Shown piece after piece: positions 50,241 to 63,655 of a stretch of 64,000 bases of DNA. The first letter of the stretch is position 1; every line of letters starts with the position of its first letter. This DNA comes from Carcharhinus amblyrhynchos (taxonomy: Eukaryota). The stretch covers positions 1,054,001 to 1,118,000 of the forward strand of contig OZ336903.1 in assembly GCA_965287045.1 (NCBI GenBank), written 5' to 3'. The notes beneath the pieces are model-generated. The model was not told the DNA's origin. It did not search any database and worked only from the letters and a program-made list of their open reading frames with translations. The translations under genes and the position numbers were made by a program.

Positions 50241-51570
50241 CCTGGAGATGGAGAGAGTGTGGTGGCTTACTGAGTGTATTGAGATAGCATCAACAGCGGA
50301 TCGAGAGAGTGAGGGGGAACTGAGTGCAGTGAGATAGCATCAGCAGCAAATGGAGAGAGGGGCAAATGAGTGCATTGAGTCAGCATCACCAGTAGATGGA
50401 GATAGTGAGTATTCTAAATGAGTGTGGTAAGACAGGGACACCAGGAGATGGAGACAGTGAGTATTCTAACTGAGTGTGGTAAGACAGGGACACCAGGAGA
50501 TGGAGACAGTGAGGGGGTAACTGAGAGGACATGGACAGGTTGTTCTAATGTGGTAAACAATAAGGATGTCTGTGGGATGTGGCAGGTCACAGGCTGGGAG
50601 TTGAAACTGGGTAAACAGAAGGAGAGCAGCAGGATGTGTGAGGTCACAGATTGGTGAAGTGTAGCAGTAAATGAGGATGTAGGGTAATTTTGAGGACACA
50701 GACAATGTGGTGAAATGTAGAGATGACTCAGGATAACAGAAGGCCTTCTGAGTACAAAGAAAAATTGTTGATTTGTAGATAGCAGTGAGGATAATAACAG
50801 TGTTTGGGGGACACAGAGAAATGTGTGAGAAGTAGAAAGAGTGAGGATAACAGTTGGATATGAGAGGACACAGGTAGATTGGTGAGACATAGTTAGCAGT
50901 ATGGATAATAGCAGGGTTTGGGGTGCCAGACAGATTGCTGAAATGTAGTAAATAATGATGATTATGATCAAATTTGGGAGGACACAGAGGGATGGGAGAA
51001 GGGCAATAGCAGTGAGAGTGACAACAGGAATTGGCAGGACACAGAGAGGATGGTGAAATGTTGTAATGAGTGACGATAGAGCTCGGATTCTGGAAAGACA
51101 GGCAGTTTACTCTAACGTAACAAAGAATAAGGATAACAGGAGGATTTGTCATGATAGCAAATGTTGGGGATATATCCAGGATTTGTGTGCACACTGGCTG
51201 ATTGGATATCAGTAAGCAGTGAGGATATCAATTAGCTTTTGGAGGATAGGGATCCGTGTTAAAATGTAGAAAACAAGGTGGACAACCGCAAGTTTCAGAG
51301 GGATGGAGACAGAATGGTGAAATGTGGTAAACATTGTGGATAACAGTAAGTTTCAGCGGAATCAGGCGGAATGGTGAAATGTAGTAAACATTGTGGATAA
51401 AAGCAGTGTTTCTGAGAACATGCACGGCTTGGTGAAATGTTGGAAAGAGTGATGGTAGAGGCAGGATTTAGGAAGCTAATGAGAGATTGTGAGAATAACA
51501 ATAGGATTTGGAAGAGGCAGGAAATGGATGAAATGTGCTAAACTGTGTGGATAGTGGAGGATTTGTGTGT
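50240..51570. repeat. Adjacent degenerate purine-rich tandem repeats (~45-50 bp and ~60 bp units)
   Basis: Recurrent gatggagacagtgag...ctgagtg and tggtgaaatgtag...gaggataacag motifs. Confidence 0.7.
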
Positions 51571-51649
51571 TGGGGTAATGCTGGAATGAAGCATGGTGCT
51601 GTATCAAGTTGTGGGGGAAATACAGTTCTCTGTGTGGTATCTAGAGACA

Positions 51650-51890
51650 GAAATGAAGAGAAAGGAATCAAACCGTGTATCTAACTGTCATAATCTTTAT
51701 TTAATAGTGTAAGAATGGTCGCTACTACAAAATGGAAATCAAATGCATATGACAATAATAAGTACCAAATTTTGAATTATAATCCCGGCTCTGCTCCACA
51801 ATGTAATGTGATATAAGAGCTTTAATACAAACAGTGCAACACCGGATATACATTCCATTCTGCTCCTCATTGAACAGAATGCAGACTCAA
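51650..51890 (-). pseudogene. Diverged third copy of the SRCR-gene 3' UTR and polyA region
   Basis: Collinear with ~26015-26260 (ggaatcaaacc.tgtat...taatctttatttaat...ggctc.g.tccacaatg.aatg.gat...gctttaata). Confidence 0.75.
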
Positions 51891-52484
51891 ACAGATTGAG
51901 AAGAAAAATGCAAACTCCCTGAAATTAAATTGTCACAATTCACATTGGTGTTTTCCTTCACATTTCATTGAAAGATGAAATATAGATAGGAATGTCTGGG
52001 GTCAGAGAGAGGGGTGGGGTGCCAGGATTGGTAAGAACATTGGAGAGACAGAGACAGGGAAATTCTAAACCCCGCATCCAAATATAAATTCCCGGGGAAA
52101 GAGAGAGAGAGAAAAACATAGAGTCACACAGCACAGGAATGGGCCACTGAGCCCACCAGGTCTCTGCTGGCCGTCAAATCCCAATCTATCCTGCTCCCAT
52201 TCCCCAGCACTTGCTGCAGAACCTACGATGCCTCAGCGATTAAAGTGTTTGAATTTACCCAATCCCGTAAAAACTTATTTTTTTCTTCTAAACACTTTGT
52301 GGCCCGTCAGCAAGATTTTGTCAAAAAAAAGTGTCCTCACTGTTGCAGTGCGGGCAAAGGCCACAGGCCCAGTGTGTACACAGGAAGATCCCACAGCAGC
52401 AGCAGCAATGTGAACCGAGATCAGATGGGACACAATCCCTCCCATCACACCCTCACACTCACATCTGCTGTGAGCCCCCTCCCC

Positions 52485-52662
52485 NNNNNNNNNNNNNNNN
52501 NNNNNNNNNNNNNNNNNNNNNNNNNNNNNNNNNNNNNNNNNNNNNNNNNNNNNNNNNNNNNNNNNNNNNNNNNNNNNNNNNNNNNNNNNNNNNNNNNNNN
52601 NNNNNNNNNNNNNNNNNNNNNNNNNNNNNNNNNNNNNNNNNNNNNNNNNNNNNNNNNNNNNN
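52485..52662. other. Assembly gap (N run)
   Basis: Run of n. Confidence 1.
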
Positions 52663-52891
52663 TTTACAGAAAGTGTTGAACTTCCTCTTCTACCGAAGCC
52701 AAACCATTTTAAAAATAAAATCCCTGCGGTGCACAGCAAGATCCCAGAATATCCTGTCAGTTGTGTTCAACCTTTTTTTTCTAATTTGGTAAATCGTTAT
52801 ACAGAGAGAGAGAGAGAGAGACAGAGAGGGGCTGAGACAGTGAAATTCACCCCCTCCCCCCCGGCACCCACAGAATTGAATCATAACATGT

Positions 52892-52970
52892 AGGGCAGCA
52901 CGGTGACACAGTGGATTAGCGCTGCTGCCTCACAGCTCCAGGGACCCGGTTTCCATTCCTGGCTTGGGAC
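52892..52970 (+). mobile_element. SINE tRNA-like head, followed by CT-rich low-complexity sequence to ~53390
   Basis: gggcagcacggtgacacagtggattagcgctgctgcctcacagctccagggacccgg. Confidence 0.75.
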
Positions 52971-53689
52971 ACTGAGATCCTGTGTCTCTCCCAACCCCTC
53001 GCTGCAACCCACAAACCTCACCTCATGCTATCTTTTCCTGTTTTCCCCTCTCTCTCCCTGCCATTCTTTTTCTTTCTACCCCTTCTCCGTCTGTTGTTTT
53101 TCTCCCCCCTTCATAACCTGTCTTTCTCTTTCTCTCCCCAACTTTCCGTGTTTGTCTTTCTGTCACCCTTTTCCTCCCTCCCTGTCTTTTTTTTTTCTGT
53201 CGCCCTCCCTCCGTCTTTCACTGACGCCTCTCTCACTACCTTCGCCTTCCTCTGTCTTTCTCTCTGTCTCTCTCTCTCTCGCCCCCTCCCCCATCGCAGT
53301 CCTTCCCAAAGTAACCCCCACACTCTCGCCTGTTGTGAGTCCCCTCCCCTACTCTTTACCCCGTGTGTGTCAGTCTGTGTGTCATCCCAAATTTCCAGAA
53401 AGTGTTGAACCCCCTCTTAAAACTAATCCAAACGCCTTTTAGAACAAAATTCCTGTGATACACAGCAAGTTCCCACAAGGTGCAGTCAGCTGGGCTGAGA
53501 TAGAAGGTCCCGGTCACCCAATGTAGAACATAAGCACTAGCCCACCCCTGTATGTAACTGCCCCTGCCTATGGAACCCTGGATTGATGGTGTCCGGGCTC
53601 CCCAACCTGGGTGTGTAGATCCATGTGGGATAGTGAAGAGGGACCCCTAGTTAACGGCGAGATAAGAGGCCACCTCGTGAGACACACAA

Positions 53690-54030
53690 CCTGTGGGTGG
53701 ACGGCCCAACACAGCTGTAGTAACTGATTTAAAACGCACCCTCGCCACAACGCCAGCCTTACTAGTCCCCGACACAGATATACCAAAGACCTTAGAGATT
53801 GCAGCCTCCAGTCACACACTTTCAGCAGTATTATTACAAGAAAGACAAGGTAGACCAGGTCAGTGGCCTACACCTTATGATTATTTGACACAGTCGAACG
53901 GGGCTTCTCCAGGTGCGAACGACATCTGCTTGCAGTGTTTTAGGCTGTGCAACATTTCGCTGTATCACCGAACTGAATCCAAAAACTGTTCACACTGAAC
54001 ACACCCCAAACCAGCTTCTGCTGCACGGCC
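53690..54030 (+). mobile_element. Ty3/Gypsy-type LTR retrotransposon pol fragment (RT connection and RNase H), decayed
   Basis: LKRTLATTPALLVPD...LEIAASSHTLSAVLLQE then, after a frameshift, VAYTL*LFDTVERGFSRCERHLLAVF*AVQHF. Confidence 0.8.
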
Positions 54031-56348
54031 GCAGAACTCTCCGGTCATTGTCGTTTATAATGTTAAGAAGATAACGGGGATGGAATATTTGGAAGCAGGA
54101 ATGGATGCAAGGGAGCGAAAGGGTATGTTTGGACATACTGATTATAAACTTCAAAGGCTCATTGTTGAAGAAAAATAGCTGCCATGCGATCTTGAACTGT
54201 TCCTGCTTCAGCTGGAGCTTGGGTTTCTCTATCAGGCTCCATGTTCCAACTCTTCCATTTTTGTTGGAAAATTATCTTCTGGGTGAATGCTCAGTTCCTG
54301 TTGGAGGGCAGAGTCGTGCAATGCACAACACACTAAACTAATCCTTCTCACTATCTCTGCTCCATCCTGTTCCATTCCCCCTGACCTGTCCAGCCATGGG
54401 AAAGGTGACGTCACTCCACCCATTGTCCTCTCCACCAACTGACGCGCTGATATAGGAACATGGTTGTCACGTGTTTTGTGCTCCATTGTTGGTCTCGCGA
54501 TATGATATTATCCACCATATTCTCCCGTATCATCCAGTAACAACCCTATCAGGACAGGTCATGGACATGCTCCAATGTTGGGTCGCGCCCTTAGAAACGA
54601 ATGATTCATGGTCCTGCCCCCGTTTGTTTGCCTTTACACTAAGTTTGCTCATTTGTGCATCATGACATGTAAAGATTGGAATCCCTTCCTGATGATAAAT
54701 GAAGCAAAGTTATCTATTGGTGCCTTCATTGGAATATAATCTATCAACAGCTTCAACTACCTTTGGAGAACTAGCGATGCTGTGGACTATGACAACATTG
54801 CCTGAAATTACAGGGTGGATATTGAGTGAAAGGGGAAACACTGAGAAAATAAACTGAAGGAGGAAAGTGTCCTGTTTTTACCACAACACTGCCTTCTGGA
54901 ACTCGGATATCATTGGGCGTTCACAGTCTCAGCGCCTCATGGTTAACAATCTCTTGCAGTGCACTGGGGGCTTCTCGGATAGCTGAGCTTAACTTCCAAG
55001 ACTGCTTCACAGATCCAGAGCTTTGGTGGAGCTTCTCAGGAAACGGAACCCTGCGTTTACATATTTGCCTTTGATCGGAATGTGTGGGCCAAAATGTTTA
55101 CGGGACATTTTGTGGGACCTTCCTGGTACTGTGGCGGTGGGAACCGTCGTCCTGAAAAGACAGCTAAGGCGCAGGGTTGGGATGATGTTTTGAATTGCAA
55201 CTTATGAACAACTAAACACATCAAAACGCTTGAACAACCTGTGTGGAGTTCTGGAGCGTCCACACGTGTGTGTGTAATGTTGTTTACGCTTCACACTTGC
55301 CCTTGATGTCGGTTCTTGTGCGCTGTCCAATCTTGACCTACTTGTGTCGAGAAAACCGTCATTTCAAAGACTAAACAGGCAAGAGGGCGACCGTAGATTT
55401 GTGCGAAGTTGATGACCAATAAAATACTACCCCTTGCTTCCAACTCTAACCTTCCTGGATCATTTTAGAATCCGTTTCTGCACCTTCTCCAAGGTGCTGA
55501 CCCTTGGTCCAATACACACCGCCGGAGTGAGCTCAGAAATAGACGAGTGTCCAGTGATGAACAATATTCACAGATTTCTTTATTTAATTATTCTACATTG
55601 CTCTTTTATGAGTGTTTTTCAACAAAGTGTGAAGCAAGCTTTATATCTTGGAAGACCAGCACATGTGCATTTTTTTCCCCAGGAGAACAATTATATTAAA
55701 CCCATTTCTTCCATTGTAATTTCAGCTACATGTGTCTTTTGAATTCAGCAACCGTTGTATGTTCACCAAGAGCTTTAACTGTCGCCCTCTCTGTGTTTCT
55801 TCATCGCTTTGACAAGTGCCTCCTTCTCAAGTGTTGGAATTATTTACTTTATGGATAAGAATGGACAGATTGTTGAATGAAACACAGTTGTTTTTAATAT
55901 TCCAGGGAAACTGCTCTATATATTTGGCCTGAGTGATTAGTAACAAGACGCTACTTCTCTGATTTCTGCATCTTATCAGTGTCACAACCACACCACACCT
56001 GACCTGTAAACTGTGTGTTTCAGTTTCCAGACCACAACTATTGAATTGCAGCTGATAACATTTTTTTCCCTGCGTCCACATTCCTGAAACAACCACACGA
56101 TGGCACATAAACTTTCCATCAGTTCATCTGACTTTCATAAGGCTGGTTTGAATTATTTTTTTTAATTTATATATTTGAAGAAACACATATTTCTTTACTT
56201 AATTATGATTTCGGGAAACTCGGCACCATTGTCAGCGCAAAGCAAGCTACTGTACTTCTCATCTTGTCTTCCTTTTTGTCATATCCGAACATGTTTACTC
56301 TTCCAATCCCCGGGCATCAATTCAAAGCCCAAGAAATATCGACAGCTT

Positions 56349-56879
56349 GATATTTTGGCCTTGGAGGGAGTGCAGAGGAGGTTTACTAGGCTGATGCCGG
56401 AGTTGAGGGGGTAGAGCTATGCGGAGAGGCTGAATAAACTAGGCTTGTACTCGTTAGAGTTTAGAAGAATGAGGGGAGATCTCATTGAGACATATAAGAT
56501 GATGAATGGGATGGATAGGATAGAGGTGGAGAGACTCTTCCCGCTCAGAAAGGACAGTAGGACTAGGGGGCACGGTTTCAAGATAAAGGGGGGGGGGGGG
56601 GGGCGGGCGGTTTAGAAGGAGTTGAGGAAGAACTTCGTCACTCAAAGGGTGGTGAATCTCTGGAATTCTCTGCCCGTTGAAGTGGTGGAGGCTGCCTCGC
56701 TAAATATTTTTAAGACGCGGTTTGATGGGTTTTTGATAAGAGAGGGGATTAAGGGTTATCGGGAGAGGGCGGGAATGTGGAACTGAGCCACGAAAGATCA
56801 GCCATGATCTTATTGAATGGCGGGGCAGGCTCGAAGGGCTAGATGGCCTACTCCTGTTCCTATTTCTTATGTTCTTATG
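56349..56879 (+). mobile_element. CR1 LINE 3' fragment, same young family as 7751-9840
   Basis: [21 protein letters not shown]...; near-identical to the reverse complement of ~7770-8291; tail ttcttatgttcttatg. Confidence 0.93.
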
Positions 56880-57072
56880 AGTGATGCAACACTTGTCTTA
56901 TCGCGAGGGGTTAACTGAATCTGTTTTCAAGAGAATGAAAAAAAAAATGCTAATTACTTTCCTTGTGGGATTCCATCTTCTTTAAAATGAGACTCCTTTC
57001 AATGTTATCTCTCATAGTGTCTGTCCGTAACCACTGGATAGATCTGGAATCAGCGCCTGCAGACGGAGGGAG

Positions 57073-60000
57073 ATGAGAGATCGCAATTTGAGATTGACAG
57101 ACAATGTTAAAACAATGGTTCATAATTTGTGGAGAATGGATTTGAATGTTTCAACAGTGACCCCCGACATGAGAATAAGAGATTGGAATTTTACACCGAC
57201 GGATCATAATTGGAAAACCAGAGATACGAATGTTCCAATGATGAGCAGAAGTTTATCCGGAGCTCTTTACCATCTTTCTACATATTCTGCTTGGATGTCA
57301 TTAGAAAACCGGATCTACTTCACGTTGCTGATTATTCAGGCAGGTTACTATCCCATCCTTGCCATTGTTGGTGTCCCTGGTAAGTCGTTTTATGCCTCCA
57401 CTAATTATACCATATTTTGAAACCCGGTAATGTTCCTGTCATTGTACTTGGGAAGACCAGATGTTTTTTTTAATATCCGATAAAGAAAACGGTGACCTAC
57501 CCATGAATGTCCTTTTCCCCGGCCTGCCCAATGTCTGAGCACCAAGATAGTGAATGTCCACAACCTCCGAAATGGATTTGACATGGAGTTTTATCCAGAA
57601 TCCACGTTTCTCTGTATTATCAAACACTGATCTTGCCCCAACTCTGCCTTAAGGGAATGCTGCACAAATTCTCATTTGTGTTTTTGTTACAAAAAAGACT
57701 CGATGATTCGACTGTGATCTGGTAATGTTAAGTTTCCATATCTCACCACAGCCCATCTGGAAAGCACGTCGCTATAGTCGAAATCACAGCAAACCAGTTC
57801 AGTCACTGTGCTGATGCAGAATGATATTGACAGCTTTCCATGCCAGTTGTTCATTAACTAGTTTTTTTGCTTCGGCAAAACATTTCCTAAAACATTGACT
57901 ACACACCCTTAAAAAATGACATACCTGTATCTATCCTTGGCTACAATTTACTCTCTCTCTCTCTCTGTCTCTCTCTATTTGAATACCATTATCTAGCAGA
58001 TGCATAACGAGATAGAAAAAGCAGGAAAAAATAAATAAAAACAAGACAATTAAGGAACATGCATTAACATGCACATAAATGTTCAAGTTAACCCGTTTAC
58101 ACAGACTAACACAAATGTAATGAAACATTAAATTTATTTAGTTCTGCACAGAAGAGGACACAGTCAGAAAGAAAACTGAATTATTGAAGTATTTTTGTTT
58201 TATTTATGGTTGAAATTTCGTCACATAGAATGACAATTGCTGCTGTTGAAATGTGGGGTATTTTATTCTGCATCAAGAACGATGTGTTCCAACAGAAAGT
58301 GGTAAATCATGAAAATTAATTGAGATACTAGCAGGACAACATATTACTCCAGTTGCATCAATGCTCCGCCAGCATGCACAGGGATCTTTATATGGCAACA
58401 AACAGCGGTCCCATTGGTTTTTAAGCACCGATTTCAACCAGTTTCAAATTGATCTGTCAATGTTTCCCCAACACTTGTGTTCGTCACTCTCATCCTTAGC
58501 GTGTGCTCTGTAGCTTCGGGAACACAAACATTGGCAAGTAATACGGCAGTGACTGTCATTTCATCAGATGATAGTCCAGGAGTGAATATAATCAGGTCTT
58601 ACATCGTCCGGTACTTTCCCATATCTCTGCGTTTTTTTTCTCTTTAATTGTTTTACCAATTCAAAATTAGAATTCCAATTCTACCACTTGATACACAATT
58701 TGATTCATTGCCAATATTTACTCTTTGTTCAATTAATATTGTTGAAAATGTTACTCCCTGTATCAAATTCCCCATTAGTTTCTACTGCTCAAAGCAGGAA
58801 AGCCCTAGATCTTGAAAATCTCCCACCTAACCTTCCATCAGGCGTGTCCGTACCAAGCAGATTATATCCCTTCTGTGCATCGATCAAGCCACGCGATTTG
58901 TGTTCAAACTGAAGCAAGGGAAACTTTTCTTAGCAAATCTATAATAAGTTTCCAAGGATGTAACCCATAAGCTTGATTAACAGAAGTAACAGGATGTGGT
59001 TTGTTTTGACTTCCAGAAGGCGTTATTCGAAGTGCCATACACGAGATTGGCATGTTAAGTTAAAGCACATGCGATTGAGGGTAAGGCATTGAGGAGGGTA
59101 AGAACTTGATGGCAGATCAGAAAGAAAAGATTAGGAGCAAACAGGCCANNNNNNNNNNNNNNNNNNNNNNNNNNNNNNNNNNNNNNNNNNNNNNNNNNNN
59201 NNNNNNNNNNNNNNNNNNNNNNNNNNNNNNNNNNNNNNNNNNNNNNNNNNNNNNNNNNNNNNNNNNNNNNNNNNNNNNNNNNNNNNNNNNNNNNNNNNNN
59301 NNNNNNNNNNNNNNNNNNNNNNNNNNNNNNNNNNNNNNNNNNNNNNNNNNNNNNNNNNNNNNNNNNNNNNNNNNNNGACCAGGTTGTTAAGTTGATGATC
59401 CATTATGAGCATAAATAATGGCAGGGAAGACATGACAGACTCGTTGGCCTTCTCTTGCTCCCAGTTTGTCTGTTTCTATGACATTCTTCTGGACGTTGTA
59501 TTGTGTTCATCTTGCAATATTAATTTGGCGTCTTTGACAATTCTAAACATGTCTGCCAGAACAGTGAGGCGATAAACAGAATTCAGGTCTGAATTTTTAT
59601 GGCCTATTTGTGGTGAACTACGTGAACTTTGAGGTCAGATTTCAGCATCACCAATTCTTCCAGTGACCAACGTCGAGAAAGGTCTCGAAAGAGCAGTGCG
59701 CTATATGTTGCACTGGGGCATGTCAGAGGGGAAATTAGAATGGAATCGGAGATGAACACGTTTTCCTTTCTTGAATGAAATCATGTTGTCGTGGGTTCAA
59801 AGACTGCTCTAGCCACATATATGATCAAAAGCAGGACTTTCCAATCAGCATGAAATATCGTGAGGTTTCTCTTCATCCAACGTTTCCTCCATGTAGGACG
59901 CACAATGTGACTGCTGTTTTGGCTGCATAAGCTCGGCAGCAGCATGGCCACTCCTGTAAATCTTTCACTACTTAGTTTCCTGATAACCAGACTCTGTTCC

Positions 60001-62357
60001 AGCATTCACCCTACAGCAGTGTCATAGCATCATCATACAAAGCATTCTCCAGTCACTTCCCCCATTACACTCCACCGCCACAGATAATCCCCGTCAAACC
60101 ACAACTCCTGTTCGGCCGCAACACCTAGAATTCCACACATCTCGTCACATTTTTTCTATGTCCTCCATCCGAGGCTACTCAGCCACAGACACCTACGCTG
60201 CGTTCCCAACCACAAAACTCACCTGTCTCTGCCGCTTACTGCAACCGCTGTAGCAGCCATCCTGGAGTTTTTGAACGCTGATTCAGTCACTGTTCATTTG
60301 ACGCCAGCACACAACCCCGCCCCCTTCACAAACACAGAAATCCTGTGCCACGCGCCTCCGGGTATCCCACGAGTGTTTGCAAACCTACTTTGGACCCCTG
60401 CTTTTAAACCATCACTGAATCATGCATCCCTTTCCAAGTTGTATTGTTGGCTCAGCACCTCCCCAGCACCACAATTGATTTCCAAGCTGTAAAACATCTG
60501 CAGTCCTCCTGGATGTAATAATCTTTCTCTCTCCGACTGACTCACCCCAGTAAATCAAATACCACCTCATGTGAAAACCAGTATCCCGTCTCAAACTCCT
60601 GTCCCAGCTGTCGTCACTCTTCAACCTGCCTCATAAAAACCATCATCTGAAAATGCTGCCTCAATCAACAACTTCACAATCGACCAACAAACCCATACCC
60701 ACTGCTTCTCAAAACATGCCGGTATTGCCAGTTTGCATGGCGTGTAAGCGGCGACTTGGGAGATGTAGCCTCGAGGGAATGAAAAAAGAAAATCCTGCAC
60801 TGTGGGGATGAAGCCAATGTATGTGTCACTTTTTCCGGGCCAGATGTTGTACGCTGGTAAAGCATCTGTTTGAGAAGTGTTGAAGAAATTCCAAAGCTCA
60901 ATGATTTTCAAGTGAAGTGAATGGAATTGCATATTGTCAAGAATTATGGAAAAACTTACCTTTACTTGGGAGTTTGCACACTTTCAAGGGACCTGCATTC
61001 AGCTCAAAACATTATATCAGAATGTAGCCTCGCCTGTCTGTTTTCAAATAGAACCATGCTGCAAGGGGCGCAGCAAAATACCACTATAAACAAAGGGGCA
61101 GAGTGATTCGCTTCATGAAATGGTCACTGGCTAATAGCGGTCGGCCAAGGCACAAACATTCAACAAGTGGCACTCAATGAGTTCCAGGACGGAGCCAAAT
61201 TAAGATATCGAAGGAATAGACAATGAAGGAGCAGAATGAACAATAAAAATTAACATTGACGATAACAATTTCAGTACCTTTGCCAGGCAACCCCTCCTGA
61301 ATTCAACAGACTTCGTAGTTTATCCATAGTAAAAACAATATGTTATTTAATTAGATACCGTGTTTGACGACAGTGCATGTCTTCACTGAAGGTAATGTTC
61401 TCCCCTTCCTGACGTATAATTTCCTTGTTTTTTTTCCTGTCTCCTCCAGCTAACTTAGCCACGATTGCGATATTAGCCTTTCGAAAATGTGGTCTCTCCA
61501 AATGTGTAACGCGCTACCTGGTGGCCATGGCAACAGCAGATCTACTCATTATTATTATCGATTTGATACTAAGACACATTCCAATTGTTTACTGGGAACA
61601 TTTTTCCTTTCTGTGGTCCATGCGTGTGTGCAATATCCATGCAGTTTTCTTGTTTGCGGCCACTGACTGTTCTGTTTGGTTTACTGTGACTTTCACCTTT
61701 GATCGATGTGTTGCTATTTGTTGCCAGAAGCTGAAAAATAAATATTGTACAGAGAAAATGGCTGCTGTGGTTCTCGGAACCGTTACTGTATTGAGCTGTT
61801 TCAAGAATACTTTCTGGTATTTTATGTTGACAGACTCGTACTCGATGAGGAATAAACCCTGGTTCTGCTCAATAACATTCACTGTCCAGGAATCTCCAGT
61901 CTGGATAATTGTTGAGTTTCTGCATCACGTTCTAACCCCATGCTTACCATTTGCCCTGATTCTGTTGCTAAATGTTGTCACCATCAGGCATATTGTAGTG
62001 AATAGCAGAGCCCGTAGAAGACTTCGAGCTGTGAGAAGTGGGGATAGTTCCAAAGACACAGAGATGGAGGGTCGACGGAAATCTATAATTTTACTGTTTG
62101 TTATCTCTTTGAATTTCATCGTGTTGTGGGCTGTTATAATGGTGTTTTCAGTAAACAGGCGGGTGTATTATCTAATCTATTATTCTGGAATGTTGAGTAA
62201 TTGTGTGCAGGAAATGGGCTTCATGTTGCAGCTTCTTAGTTGCTGCACAAACACTTGCATTTATGCCGTGACCCAGACTATGTTCAGAGAACAATTGAAA
62301 ATTATGCTGAAATATCCGTTTATTTCAGTTTTTCGATGCATTCAAAAAAATAAATAA
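57073..62357 (+). CDS. Two-exon class A GPCR, GPR139/GPR142-like (~404 aa from the first ATG)
   Basis: Exon 57073-57379 (...YYPILAIVGVP, G|gtaagt) joined in phase 1 to exon 61450-62357 (ANLATIAIL...YLVAMATADLL...SVWFTVTFTFDRCVAIC...LQLLSCCTNTCIY). Seven hydrophobic spans. True start Met uncertain. Confidence 0.88.
58930..59148 (+). mobile_element. Degraded CR1 RT fragment
   Basis: gatgtggtttgttttgacttccagaaggcg...gtgcca...agttaaagcacatgcgattgagggtaag (DVV.FDFQKA). Confidence 0.65.
59149..59376. other. Assembly gap (N run) inside the GPCR intron
   Basis: Run of n. Confidence 1.
59800..60930 (+). mobile_element. Possible highly decayed L1/Tx1-like non-LTR retrotransposon fragment
   Basis: C/A-rich coding-like composition and a relic HCGDE...HFF..C zinc-knuckle-like stretch at ~60795-60850; weak. 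Confidence 0.35.
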
Positions 62358-63230
62358 ACGAATAACTGATCATTGGTTAATTGTTGTCAATATATTTTCT
62401 TGTTTTTTTTTCTCTAATGGAAACACAAGCTGTCATGATCGTGTCAGAGCAGGAGCTGAGCTAGCCAAATCAATTGAAAAATGTGGACCGGTCTGTCACT
62501 GCCACAACAAGCTGCTAGTATTATATCAACCAAGGACAGGAGAATGGCTGGCACTGCAACAATGAACAGAGAAAGTGAAATACCTTGTTGCAATGCAGAG
62601 ATCCAAAGTGCTGGTGTTGTATTGCAGGAGCAATGACACAGAAAGTATGCATATAATGCTGATGAATGGCAAGGCTTCTTGCTATGATGAGAGTGAGGGT
62701 GTTGTCTGTTGTTATTATGTCAGAGGAGTGCCTGGGCATTCTCAATATGGTAGCAAGGCAGACAGAGTCTTCTTTCAGCAGAGGCAGTTTTTTTTAGCTG
62801 TATGTGCCAGGCTAATTCCCAATAATTACAGGAAATCCATTTCATGCCTTCACTCACAAATGAGAAATCAGATGTGGAAGAAATATTTTCCAATTGTCCA
62901 CATCCCATCGTTCATCATTTCAGTGAATTACGTAGGTGGAGATTAATGTCAAATATACTATGCAATGATTTTGTTTTTCTTATTGCAAGAAACTCAGCTC
63001 ATGTTTTGTGGACACTGATTCGAAATTTAAATTCACGAAAAAAAATCTGAAAATAAGTATCTACAGAAGACTATGAAACATTGACAATTATGGAAAAAAG
63101 GAAACAAAAAAAAACACCTTGGATTCACCTGTATCCTTCTTGGAAGAAAATCTGTTGTCCGTACTTGGTCTGGCCTGCATGTAACTCCAGCATCAGACCG
63201 ACGTGGCTTACTCTTAAGAGTTGTCTGATT

Positions 63231-63655
63231 GGCACAGTGACACAATGGTTCACAGGGCTGCCTCACAGTTCCAGGAACATGGATTTGATTTGCATTTTGA
63301 GTCACTGTCTGCGTGGAGTTTGCACATTCTCCCCGTGTCTGCATGGGTTTCCTCTGGGCACTCTGCTTTGGGTGTCATGGTGGCATAGTGGTTCGCACTG
63401 CTGTTTCACAGCACCAGGGTCCCAGGTTCAATTTGGCCTTGGGTATGGAGTTTGCACATTCTTCCCTTTTCTGCATGGATTTCCTCCGATGCTCTGGTTT
63501 CGTCCCACTGACATAAGACGTGTGGTTTATGTTGATTGACCATGCTAAATTGACCCCAGTGTCAGCGGGATTAGCAGGAGAAATGCAGGGATAGGGCCAG
63601 GGTGTGATTATGGTCGGCACAGATTTGATGGGCCGAATGGCCTCGTTCTGTGCGG
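63231..63655 (+). mobile_element. tRNA-derived SINE with duplicated head (~63231 and ~63377)
   Basis: Two copies of ggcacagtg...tggagtttgcacattct, then gattgaccatgctaaattg...gatgggccgaatggcctc tail. Confidence 0.8.

Noticed and set aside
62420-62950. Hydrophobic coding-like stretch on the minus strand downstream of the GPCR
   Set aside because: No recognisable domain, frames are interrupted and there is no convincing exon structure.
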